Source: a virus
Taxonomy: Duplodnaviria; Heunggongvirae; Uroviricota; Caudoviricetes
Length of the DNA: 64,000 bases
Reading direction: 5' to 3' (one strand)
Virus record (IMG/VR): IMGVR_UViG_3300042892_003674
Positions 1 through 8,611 of this stretch are shown here, one piece after another; the first letter of the stretch is position 1; each line of letters opens with the position of its first letter. Under the pieces are notes generated by a model that saw nothing but the letters and a program-made list of their open reading frames with translations, had not been told where the DNA came from and searched no databases. The position numbers were made by a program, and so were the translations under genes.

Positions 1-1
1 T

Positions 2-724
2 AATTGGCCATCTGTATCAAAAGTTCTTAAAAGTTTTTACCCACCATTTCCTACTCAGGAAGCATCACTTAAAAAAGCAAAAGGTGATGTAGTTCTACAA
101 AAGAAACTTATTAAAGAATGGTCTCAAATGGCAGACTATGCTAACAATACTGGTAGTAGAGTTCACTATTTCCTAGAGACAAAAATCATTGATAGATTTA
201 AGTTACCTAAAGAAGTAAGAGAGCCGGAGTTTGATTGTGATTTTGAACAAATAATTACATCCGATCATATGATTAGTTATGGTGTAGATTTTTTTGAAAA
301 GATGATTAAGAATGGAGCTGTTCTAATTGATACAGAAGTTGTAATGGGAGATCCTGAACTTGGATATACTGGACAAGCTGATAAGATTTGGTTAGTATGT
401 AATAAAGAAAGAACTCAATTAGGTATTGTAGTAACAGATTGGAAAACCAATAAACCGAAAAATTTTGTTGAAACAAAATGGACAGTTCCAATGAATGAAC
501 CCTATGAAGACCTACCCAATACTGCATTAGGACATTACTACGTTCAGTTATCTTTGTATGGTAAGTTATTTAAGAAAATGTTACAAGGAACTAAATATGA
601 AAATCTACCAATTGTTAGAGCAACACTTATCTTATTGAAAGATAGTTGTTATGAAGAGTATAAAACACCAATAGATATTATAAATAGGACATTAGAGTTA
701 GATGTTGTTAGTTATTTAAAATAA
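2..724 (+). CDS. PD-(D/E)XK (Cas4/RecB-like) exonuclease, 5' end truncated by window
   Basis: Frame is open from base 2 (WPSVSKVL...). Motifs GSRVH, E..., GQADK, DWKT, YYVQLSLY are typical of phage PD-(D/E)XK exonucleases. Confidence 0.75.
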   Translation, partial: NWPSVSKVLKSFYPPFPTQEASLKKAKGDVVLQKKLIKEWSQMADYANNTGSRVHYFLETKIIDRFKLPKEVREPEFDCDFEQIITSDHMISYGVDFFEKMIKNGAVLIDTEVVMGDPELGYTGQADKIWLVCNKERTQLGIVVTDWKTNKPKNFVETKWTVPMNEPYEDLPNTALGHYYVQLSLYGKLFKKMLQGTKYENLPIVRATLILLKDSCYEEYKTPIDIINRTLELDVVSYLK

Positions 725-725
725 A

Positions 726-750
726 AAAACCCATTCTTAGAATGGGTTTT
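726..750. terminator. Bidirectional intrinsic terminator
   Basis: AAAACCCATTC-TTA-GAATGGGTTTT hairpin between convergent genes, overlapping the stop of 737..2371. Confidence 0.75.
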
Positions 751-2371
751 CGTCTTCTGTACAAAGTTCTTCGTCTCTCTCTTCTTCAAACTCAACTGGT
801 GACCAGTTTGATCCCCACATATCACTATTATAAGTATATGTATTGGTTGATTGTTCGAGATCTATATTAACAAAATTTACTTCATCACTTACAGGAGTTG
901 GAGGAGTTACTTCTTCTCTTGTATATCTATTAGCTGCTTGTGTCCATCTACCACCATAAGTTGTTTCATTTATAATTGGCTCTGGTGAAGAAGCTTCAAG
1001 TGGCATATCCGGTTCGTCTCTTACTACATCTCCTTCCCTAGCTCTTGTTCTTCTTGTTGGACGCGCGGCATTAGCTCTTTCAAATAATTGAGTAATTGTA
1101 TCTGGGTGTCTTAACTCACCCCAACCTCTTGTGTCAATTGAACCTAATACTGATTCAAGTTCACTAGTTATATCTGATAATTTAGATTTAGTACTTGATT
1201 TCTCATATACAGATCTTCTTTCTTCTTGTTCTTTTCTACGTTGTTCGATAAGTTTAAGAACTCGGTCACTATTCTTATCATTATGTTCTTCGTTGAAGAT
1301 GTAATCATCAATCAATTCTTCATAACGAGAATCTTGTTTAAGCATCCACTTATCATTGTAATTAGAATAAACAACATTCTGTCTTCCCGTCCAGATTTCG
1401 GCATATTGTACATAAGCGGCATCATTTCTGTATCTCATTACACGGTCAATCATATCGAATACCAAGTAATCAGATGGGTGTTTACTACCATCCGAAGACG
1501 TTAAAGTTCTTAAAGAAGATGTATCTTCTGGTAAGTAGTTATATAAGATACCTTTTTCAAGATCAATGAACTTGAATGTATCCATATAAGGATAGTAATG
1601 TTGTTTGATGTTAGGTAACTTTATTTCAAGTTTAAACTCTTTCTTACCAGTACCAATTTGTTCAAAGAATAAAGTATTGAACCAGTTTTGTTCTGATTTA
1701 TAGTAGTAACCGTGCTCAGTTGCCCATTGTTTAAAGTAGAATGATAACTCTTCGTCATTATACGTATAGATTCTATCCATAATTTTATGACTTTCAAAGT
1801 CCCATAAAAGAGCACGACCAATCAATCTGTTTCTGTCATTGAACATAGTCAACATAGAAACATTCTCTTCGTTTTCTGTATATAAGTCAAAATACTTTTG
1901 ACAGTGTTCATGTTTCATGCATGATACACCTAGCGAACCTCTTTCAGAAGAGTGATAGTTTTCATAGTAGTAGAAATCTTTAATAGAATCTCCTTTAACA
2001 ACTTCAAAGCGGAAAGGAGCTTTCGCAGCTTGAGATCTGAAAAGATTAGAGAATTTCTCTACCTCTTTTGCAGGAATATCTTTAAATACCTTTGAGATAA
2101 ATGCACCAGGTTTAGTCATATATCTACGAGAAGATGTCCAATACTCTTGTGGATCAAGAGAATCGATTCTGTCTTGTGTTAGGTAAGATAGTTTAGTTCT
2201 GTCTTGTTTAGAGATAGATATATAGTTCACATAAGAATCCGCCAAATCTTCTCGGTTGTTTCTTCTTTTTAATAGAAGTGCGGCAACTAAAGATTCAGAC
2301 TCTATCACGCTTAATACATTTTTCAAATCATCTGAAATGTAAATATCAACGGTTTTTCTTTCGTAAGGCAT
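737..2371 (-). CDS. Conserved phage hypothetical protein (SCM / RALLW / MDRIY / YPYMDT motif family) with acidic disordered tail
   Basis: 544 aa ORF with an upstream TAnnTTTG promoter. Confidence 0.7.
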   Translation of the reverse strand: MPYERKTVDIYISDDLKNVLSVIESESLVAALLLKRRNNREDLADSYVNYISISKQDRTKLSYLTQDRIDSLDPQEYWTSSRRYMTKPGAFISKVFKDIPAKEVEKFSNLFRSQAAKAPFRFEVVKGDSIKDFYYYENYHSSERGSLGVSCMKHEHCQKYFDLYTENEENVSMLTMFNDRNRLIGRALLWDFESHKIMDRIYTYNDEELSFYFKQWATEHGYYYKSEQNWFNTLFFEQIGTGKKEFKLEIKLPNIKQHYYPYMDTFKFIDLEKGILYNYLPEDTSSLRTLTSSDGSKHPSDYLVFDMIDRVMRYRNDAAYVQYAEIWTGRQNVVYSNYNDKWMLKQDSRYEELIDDYIFNEEHNDKNSDRVLKLIEQRRKEQEERRSVYEKSSTKSKLSDITSELESVLGSIDTRGWGELRHPDTITQLFERANAARPTRRTRAREGDVVRDEPDMPLEASSPEPIINETTYGGRWTQAANRYTREEVTPPTPVSDEVNFVNIDLEQSTNTYTYNSDMWGSNWSPVEFEEERDEELCTEDENPF

Positions 2372-2394
2372 ATGTTATTGTTTTTTTATTTCTA

Positions 2395-2425
2395 CAAAGA
2401 TAAGTAATTATATTTAATATACAAA
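2395..2425 (-). promoter_or_regulatory. Bacteroidota primary-sigma promoter (TTTG-N19-TATCTTTG)
   Basis: Minus strand: -33 TTTG at 2425-2422, 19 nt spacer, -7 TATCTTTG at 2402-2395. Confidence 0.8.
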
Positions 2426-2519
2426 TAATTCTTTTAGTTTCTTGTTTATTTTTTTAGTTATCAACAATTATTATTTGTGTTTCAAAGATATGTATTTTAT
2501 TTTTAATATATACTATTGT

Positions 2520-3185
2520 ATGAAACATTTAAGAGTATTTGAAAATTTTGATAAAAAAGAAGATCAGTTTGATATTGAAAATGTTATGCTTTATATGGTC
2601 AATGTACTTGACAATTATAAAGTAAACTTCTTTGATGTTGATAATAATATGATCAATTCTAATGATGAAAATATAAATGACTTTCAACTAACAAAAGATT
2701 ATCATAGTGTTAGAAGAAGTAGATTTATGGTAGAGATTATGCAAGATGGTCATAATCCAATAAGTATTCACGAGGTTGCAGAGATTTCAATTGAAATGAG
2801 TACTACTATAAAACACTTAGAAAGAGAAGGTTGGATTTTATCTAGTTATCACCTTAATCAATCTAAAGATAGAGATACTGGTAAAGTTGTATTCTATTAT
2901 ATTCATTATACTTTTTCAAAAGAAGATCAAGAAATTGAACCTACTAAAAGTTTACAAGATACTATATCTACTAATACAATATTAAGAGCATTTAAAAAAG
3001 AAGGTATTGAAATTGAAAAACAAGATATTAAACATTTAGATGATTCTATTGAAATTGAAGATTGGTACACTGAGTATCTATCAAATAATCAAGTAGAAGA
3101 TTCTCTTGATAAAATAACAGATCTTTTAGGTGCTACTGAATGGGAATGGTATCATGGAACAAATGGTATAAGATTTCAATTTTAA
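2520..3185 (+). CDS. Hypothetical protein with N-terminal MKHLRVFENF (capsid-targeting-like) motif
   Basis: Likely start is ATG 2520, just after TTTTAATATATA; the ORF track starts upstream at 2442. Confidence 0.7.
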   Translation: MKHLRVFENFDKKEDQFDIENVMLYMVNVLDNYKVNFFDVDNNMINSNDENINDFQLTKDYHSVRRSRFMVEIMQDGHNPISIHEVAEISIEMSTTIKHLEREGWILSSYHLNQSKDRDTGKVVFYYIHYTFSKEDQEIEPTKSLQDTISTNTILRAFKKEGIEIEKQDIKHLDDSIEIEDWYTEYLSNNQVEDSLDKITDLLGATEWEWYHGTNGIRFQF

Positions 3186-3529
3186 GAATATAAAAAGTCT
3201 TGATATTTTTCTTCATCAGTTAAATCTATCTCAATAACACAATCTTTCTTTAAAGGTGTAGTAAATACAACACACACAGATTTCAAGTATTCTGTTTGAA
3301 TTCCATTCAAAAGTTCATCTAAAATTAAATCTCTTTCATCTTCTTTAGTAAGTTTCTCACCTGTGTCGATATAGATGTTTATCTTCCACGGGAGACGTTT
3401 ATTTACAAAAGTCATAACTGACTGCTTATAAACATTTGGTTGTCTTAATTGTCTTTTAAATGTAAAAACTGCAAAGATTACAACTCTTACAATATAATGG
3501 TGATAAACTTCATTTATATCTAATTTCAT
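3182..3529 (-). CDS. Hypothetical protein
   Basis: 115 aa ORF; internal ERDLILDELL resembles the C-terminal tag motif. Confidence 0.55.
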   Translation of the reverse strand: MKLDINEVYHHYIVRVVIFAVFTFKRQLRQPNVYKQSVMTFVNKRLPWKINIYIDTGEKLTKEDERDLILDELLNGIQTEYLKSVCVVFTTPLKKDCVIEIDLTDEEKYQDFLYS

Positions 3530-3559
3530 TTAATATATATAAATAAAAATACTATATCA

Positions 3560-3958
3560 ATGAATATAAAAAAATATGTTGATGAATTTATTAGTGAGTA
3601 TTCTAAAAAGTATGATTTAAGATTAGGTAAATCATTCAATAAAGAAAAGGCAAATTGTTCTTGGTTTACCGATGTTTTTTATAAGTGGGCAAGAGAAAAG
3701 GATTTACCAGTCAAGGTAATTTATTTTGATTCTGATAAAGAAGCACATATTGTACCTATTATTGATAATAAGGTTATTGATTTCACAATCAAACAATTTA
3801 CTAAAAATCCTAACGATGATTATAAGATTACAAAGCCAGGATATTATAAAAAGTATGGTTATGATAAATTTGAAATATTAGATAAAGTACCAAACTGGAT
3901 AACAATTAGAAAGGCAGATAAAATACTTGAAAGAATAAAAAGATATGATCAGTTTTAA
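3560..3958 (+). CDS. Hypothetical protein, possibly transglutaminase/papain-like (C...H..D)
   Basis: NCSWF...EAHIVP...VIDFT; preceded by TAATATATA. Confidence 0.5.
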   Translation: MNIKKYVDEFISEYSKKYDLRLGKSFNKEKANCSWFTDVFYKWAREKDLPVKVIYFDSDKEAHIVPIIDNKVIDFTIKQFTKNPNDDYKITKPGYYKKYGYDKFEILDKVPNWITIRKADKILERIKRYDQF

Positions 3959-3959
3959 C

Positions 3960-3990
3960 AAAAAACCCACTAAATTAGTGGGTTTTTTTT
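3960..3990. terminator. Bidirectional intrinsic terminator
   Basis: A6-CCCACTA-AAT-TAGTGGG-T8. Confidence 0.8.
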
Positions 3991-4582
3991 ATTCATTAGC
4001 TTTTGCTTTCATTTGTTCAATTCTATCACGTACCTGTGCAGCGATTTCATATTCCTCACTTAAAACAGCTTGTTCTAACATTTTTTCTAAGTTTTCAATA
4101 GAAGTAGCTCTTTCCGTTTCCGTTTCTTCATCATCATCATCTGTCATATCACCAGATAAATTACTTCCATCATCATTGATTAGGACTCCGGCAGAGTTCA
4201 TAACATCAGATGAAACAAAAATCGGACAATCATGTAAAGAAGCTAGTATAACACCATCACCAATAGATGATTCAATTTCTATATCTTCTAAACCATTAGT
4301 ACAAATAATTTTAGTGTAAAAAATACCTTCTGCAAGAGAGTAGATAAAGACTTCTCTTATATCAATACCAAACGCGGTTGTCATTGATAAAAACAAATCG
4401 TGTGTTAGTGGTTTGGCAGATTTAATACCTTCCAAATCTAACGCAATACGTTGAGCATCTTGTGGTTTAATTATTACTGGTAGCTTAACTTTCCCTTTCA
4501 TTTCTGAAAGAACTAGTACGTAGGAACCAATTTGGCTTTGACTATAAGATAGTCCTAAAATTTTTACTTGTCTTTTTTTCAT
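3989..4582 (-). CDS. Bifunctional nuclease (DUF151/BFN) with C-terminal UVR domain
   Basis: LSYSQSQIGSY.LVL.E...KLPVII...AQ.IA, PLTHDLF, and C-terminal EEYEIAAQVRDRI; Bacteroidota type. Confidence 0.85.
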   Translation of the reverse strand: MKKRQVKILGLSYSQSQIGSYVLVLSEMKGKVKLPVIIKPQDAQRIALDLEGIKSAKPLTHDLFLSMTTAFGIDIREVFIYSLAEGIFYTKIICTNGLEDIEIESSIGDGVILASLHDCPIFVSSDVMNSAGVLINDDGSNLSGDMTDDDDEETETERATSIENLEKMLEQAVLSEEYEIAAQVRDRIEQMKAKANE

Positions 4583-4599
4583 TTTTTAATGTTATACTA

Positions 4600-4953
4600 T
4601 TATTTGTTTAATATACTTGAAAGTTTAAAATGTCTTTGGTACTCTTTTATACATGCATCATTTTTCTTAATACAATTTAACATTTCTGCATTTGATTTAA
4701 TTTCTATTTTTTCTTCTATGTTTTCTTCCTTCTTTAGATGTGATGATACGTTATAGAAACTACTACTTCTATTCGGATAACCTTTTTTATCTAAATCAAA
4801 AGTTCCCTTAGATTTAATAAAATAAATTTTATCATTTTCATATAGAATTGAATAAATTCGGTCTGTTCCATGAAATACCCACGGATATTCTTTGGCCCAA
4901 TGGTTTATAACCCAACCGAATTTATATAAAAATATTGTATTTATCTCAAACAT
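4600..4953 (-). CDS. Hypothetical protein with C-terminal tag (RHFKLSSIL)
   Basis: ORF in a minus-strand operon. Confidence 0.6.
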   Translation of the reverse strand: MFEINTIFLYKFGWVINHWAKEYPWVFHGTDRIYSILYENDKIYFIKSKGTFDLDKKGYPNRSSSFYNVSSHLKKEENIEEKIEIKSNAEMLNCIKKNDACIKEYQRHFKLSSILNK

Positions 4954-4954
4954 A

Positions 4955-5602
4955 TTATCCTTTTAATAACAAGTCTGCTGCTGATGTAGCAGCAAATGCC
5001 ATTGGCTTTGCCCATACTCTAAACCCTAGTGCTCTTAACCAAGGTACATAACTTTTGTAAGCAATGAATGATTTATTTCTATGACCTTTCTCATATTGAG
5101 AACTTTCAAATGGGTTGAAATCAACGTGTAAGTCAATAACTTTTGTATCCATTAAATCAACATCTGTCATAACTAAGTTTCTAACAACTGCTTCTTCATT
5201 ATGTAATTCAATGTTTGCATATTCACCTGCACTTTTTTGTAAGTGATACTTATATTTTCTTTTTTCTAATTCAGGTAAGTCTCTCGTAACACCAACTTTC
5301 TCTAACTCGTCATTGATCCATGTACCAACATCGTGTAAAAATTGTGCTTCTTTATATAATCTCTCTTGAGTTTCTCTGATTTTTGGACATGATTCTCTAA
5401 AGAATACAACGTGTGCACCTTTTTTAACCTCGGTATCATAAATCATAACAGTTACAGCATAGATGGTTCTTCTACGAACTTGAATAGAGTCACAACCCAC
5501 AGATACAACTGATCCTGGTTCTCTCTCCATAATTTCTCTTATGTATTCTACTACGTCGGGGATTTGTTCTCCACCGAACTTTTTGAATTTACTCTTGTAC
5601 AT
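4955..5602 (-). CDS. RNase H-like YkuK (DUF458) family protein
   Basis: VGCDS, GAHV, RLYKEA, LHVDFN, KP.AFAATSAAD motifs. Confidence 0.75.
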   Translation of the reverse strand: MYKSKFKKFGGEQIPDVVEYIREIMEREPGSVVSVGCDSIQVRRRTIYAVTVMIYDTEVKKGAHVVFFRESCPKIRETQERLYKEAQFLHDVGTWINDELEKVGVTRDLPELEKRKYKYHLQKSAGEYANIELHNEEAVVRNLVMTDVDLMDTKVIDLHVDFNPFESSQYEKGHRNKSFIAYKSYVPWLRALGFRVWAKPMAFAATSAADLLLKG

Positions 5603-5828
5603 CTTCTACTATTGTTTTTTTAATTTTTAATATTGATTTTTGAACTATCTCTGGTGCAAAAACCATGAAACTACCATCTTCACAAGTCAGATCAAAACTT
5701 CCGTTTGAATAAAACTGTCTCGCGATTTTAATTATATTATCATAATCTTCTTTAGATACAATAAATTTCTTACCAATAAACTCACCGAACTCATTGATAA
5801 TAATCATTTGCATTTCAACTCTTCCCAT
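5589..5828 (-). CDS. Hypothetical protein
   Basis: 79 aa ORF overlapping the next gene in the operon. Confidence 0.6.
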   Translation of the reverse strand: MGRVEMQMIIINEFGEFIGKKFIVSKEDYDNIIKIARQFYSNGSFDLTCEDGSFMVFAPEIVQKSILKIKKTIVEDVQE

Positions 5829-5871
5829 ATGAATTATATATAGAAATAATTGTTTGTTGTTTTTAAATAAA

Positions 5872-5895
5872 AAAGGGTATCAAATGATACCCTTT
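5872..5895 (-). terminator. Intrinsic terminator
   Basis: AAAGGGTATC-AAAT-GATACCCTTT downstream of the AAA gene. Confidence 0.7.
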
Positions 5896-5901
5896 GTCTT
5901 A

Positions 5902-7038
5902 TTACTTAGTACTACCAGGCTTGTTGATTTTCTTGATAGTTACTAACAAATCTTGGAATTGTAACAAGAAACGTTTCAATTTTGGATTTGTCACATCTGC
6001 GATATTATCTAAGATGTGTAGTAAGTAAGCAGTTTTTTCATCATCACCTACTTGGTTCAAGAACTTCACACAGTTGTCAAGTTGTTTGTCAGATAACTTA
6101 GTGATATCCATTTCTCTTAAACTTTGGATAAGCTCAGAGTTTTTATCACGGTTGTATTTCTTCAAATCTTCCTTAACTTTTTCAAAGTTATTAAGTACGT
6201 CCATAATGTTGATATTCATCATATCTTCACAATATGTTACGAACTTCATTGCTGAGTTTCCGATGTAACCAGCAGCTACTTCTTTCAACAAAGGCAAGAA
6301 CTCTCTTGGAGAAGAACCCATACCGTAGTTTGCTACGATGAACTCGGACATCATAGTCCAAGAACGCGGGGTTGCGTACCCTTTAGCATTGTCACTTGTT
6401 TTGTACATATGCTCTGGGTGTGTGTTGATGTAAGACACAATCATTGGGTGTACATTTTCTGTTGCGAAATCGTCAACCCACTCTTTTACATCTAAGGTGT
6501 GGTTGATGTGTACTAAACGGTTGTTTAGAGCACTATCGAATTCTTCAACGTCTGTTCCATCTTCATCACCTAAGTTACCAGAAGACATCATAAGAACGTT
6601 TTCATTGAAACGGAAATCTGTACCGATTTGACGCTCTAACAAAATTTGAAGAGCCGCGTTACGAACTTGTTGAGAAGCTCTATTCAACTCTTCAAAGTGA
6701 ATGATTGTTGGCTGTTTGTTAGCTTCGATAGCCCAACGAGGAACTACGAAATCTAAACATTTCACCATTTTACCATCAACCTCAATTTCTGTTACGTTCG
6801 GATACAAACCAACGTCAGTTTCGTCAACCATAGACAAACGAATGTCCATATATCTAAATCCCATTTTGTCTGCGATTGAACGACCAATCGCAGATTTTGC
6901 GATACCTGGTTTAGAGGTAATATTAAGAACACCGTACTTTGCCCACATAATGGCCATATACTTTCTCTCTTTTAAAGTTAGTAATGCTAACTTGTCAACC
7001 ATTGTCTCAGGCATCAACTTTGAATTCTTGTCTGTCAT
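5902..7038 (-). CDS. MoxR-like AAA+ ATPase
   Basis: Walker A SKPGIAKS, Walker B IIHFEELNRA, SSGN, DSALNNR, ATPRSW. Confidence 0.85.
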   Translation of the reverse strand: MTDKNSKLMPETMVDKLALLTLKERKYMAIMWAKYGVLNITSKPGIAKSAIGRSIADKMGFRYMDIRLSMVDETDVGLYPNVTEIEVDGKMVKCLDFVVPRWAIEANKQPTIIHFEELNRASQQVRNAALQILLERQIGTDFRFNENVLMMSSGNLGDEDGTDVEEFDSALNNRLVHINHTLDVKEWVDDFATENVHPMIVSYINTHPEHMYKTSDNAKGYATPRSWTMMSEFIVANYGMGSSPREFLPLLKEVAAGYIGNSAMKFVTYCEDMMNINIMDVLNNFEKVKEDLKKYNRDKNSELIQSLREMDITKLSDKQLDNCVKFLNQVGDDEKTAYLLHILDNIADVTNPKLKRFLLQFQDLLVTIKKINKPGSTK

Positions 7039-7071
7039 ATTGAATTATTTATTTTTTATATTTTATTTCTA

Positions 7072-7079
7072 CAAATGTA
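7072..7079 (-). promoter_or_regulatory. Bacteroidota -7 promoter element
   Basis: TACATTTG upstream of the AAA gene. Confidence 0.65.
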
Positions 7080-7110
7080 TAACTTTTTTTTGAATAAAAA
7101 AGTCTTTTTA

Positions 7111-7284
7111 TTAAATTTTTTCGTTTCTTAATTTTGTACCTAGTTCAAAATCATTTGGTGTTTCTGCAATTATTTTGGCTATTCTACCATCAACCGTCAG
7201 TTTACGTGCTTCACGTCCAAACTCCATATCGTTTGGATATTTATCTTTAAGCTCATTTAGCTTATAACATTCACATAGTTTCAT
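7111..7284 (-). CDS. Small protein with duplicated PND(M/F)E(F/L)G motif
   Basis: Likely start MKLCEC at 7284; YPNDMEFGREAR and TPNDFELGTKLR. Confidence 0.6.
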   Translation of the reverse strand: MKLCECYKLNELKDKYPNDMEFGREARKLTVDGRIAKIIAETPNDFELGTKLRNEKI

Positions 7285-7285
7285 A

Positions 7286-7801
7286 TTATTTTTCGTATTT
7301 AGTGAAGTGCTCATCAAATTTACCATAGATCTCTTCTACAAATAGATTTTTTGATTTTAGTGTACCGATACCATTATCAGTAACAATCCAAATAATCGGT
7401 TTGATTTTACTAACATATTCTGCGATAGCTTCTGGAACATCACCATCTTGGTATTGTTTAGCCAAATCATCAATTTTAACATAGTAGTTGTTACCAGTAG
7501 TACAAATATTTACATCTTTAATACAAGTGTAAAGTTGCCATTTACCAGGAAACATTTCTAATTCTAGATTGATTAGATAATCTTCTTGAATTTTTAACTC
7601 TTCTCTATAATCATTTAATTGAGCATGATACTCAACCATTCTTTCTTTATTTTCTGGGATAGTGAAATCAATATCAGAGTCAAGTAGTTTATTAAAAACC
7701 TCTTGTTTCTCTTTTTCTGATTGAGCATCACTAAACTCTTGCTCGAAGGTATCGAGAGTATAACTTTCGTTATACTCTACACCTATTATTGTATCACTCA
7801 T
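7286..7801 (-). CDS. Hypothetical protein
   Basis: 171 aa ORF. Confidence 0.65.
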   Translation of the reverse strand: MSDTIIGVEYNESYTLDTFEQEFSDAQSEKEKQEVFNKLLDSDIDFTIPENKERMVEYHAQLNDYREELKIQEDYLINLELEMFPGKWQLYTCIKDVNICTTGNNYYVKIDDLAKQYQDGDVPEAIAEYVSKIKPIIWIVTDNGIGTLKSKNLFVEEIYGKFDEHFTKYEK

Positions 7802-7804
7802 ATA

Positions 7805-8431
7805 TTATCCTTTGATTACTTCTACATTTTTAAGAGCAACTACTGGTTTAGTAGCGTCGATCATTTCAGAAACACTGTCTCCTAATTTAGCGAAGTTGTC
7901 GATAGTACCTTTAGCTACAGAGTAAGTAGTAACGGCTTTGATGATTTTTTCTTTGTCTCTTTCAGAGATTTCAGCACTTTCTTCGATCAAACGAGAAAGA
8001 ACTTCACCATATTTTTCAATCATATCGTTATCAAATGCGAAGGTAGTTTTCTCTTCAACTATGTCCTCACCGTAAGCTTCTTGTAACTCGGTAGCACGAT
8101 CTTCGTTGATAGTGATATATTTGTCTGTTGGTACAAACATAAATTGTGCAGTGTCGTCTAAGTCATTTACAGACTCTAACATAACAGAACCTGGATTTTT
8201 ACCAGTTCTATCGTATAATTTAGCCCACTCGTCTTTTGCTAAGTCTTTCAACTCGTCTGCAATCATATCAGCTTTAGCTTTGTCTCTCTTCATGTTATCT
8301 TGAAGTTGAGATAATCTAGCAACATTACCGAAGAAGTCTTCGTTATCAATTGTAATTCTTACTTTCTCGTCTTTACCTTTTGCTGCTTTTGCTGGTGCTA
8401 CTGACTTTGCTTTTGCGAATAAATTTGCCAT
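7805..8431 (-). CDS. Hypothetical early protein
   Basis: 208 aa ORF with biased codon usage, behind two tandem host-type promoters. Confidence 0.7.
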   Translation of the reverse strand: MANLFAKAKSVAPAKAAKGKDEKVRITIDNEDFFGNVARLSQLQDNMKRDKAKADMIADELKDLAKDEWAKLYDRTGKNPGSVMLESVNDLDDTAQFMFVPTDKYITINEDRATELQEAYGEDIVEEKTTFAFDNDMIEKYGEVLSRLIEESAEISERDKEKIIKAVTTYSVAKGTIDNFAKLGDSVSEMIDATKPVVALKNVEVIKG

Positions 8432-8471
8432 AGTGATATATTTTTTAGTGAGTGAGTTTTTATTTCTTCTA

Positions 8472-8593
8472 CAAAGATAAGGAATGTTTTTAATTCTACA
8501 AACTTTATTTGAAATTTATTTTTCTTTTTGTTTGTGAGATAGTGTTCCTCTCATTTGTTTTACAAAGATACGGATATTTTTTTAACTACCAAA
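8472..8593 (-). promoter_or_regulatory. Two tandem Bacteroidota promoters (TTTG-N19-TATCTTTG)
   Basis: -7 boxes at 8472-8479 and 8563-8570; -33 TTTG at 8499-8502 and 8590-8593; both spacers 19 nt. Confidence 0.8.
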
Positions 8594-8611
8594 ATATAAT
8601 ATATACTTTTA

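Noticed and set aside
2-724. Cas4 of a CRISPR-Cas locus
   Set aside because: No Fe-S cysteine cluster, no cas genes and no array nearby; a generic phage PD-(D/E)XK nuclease is more likely.
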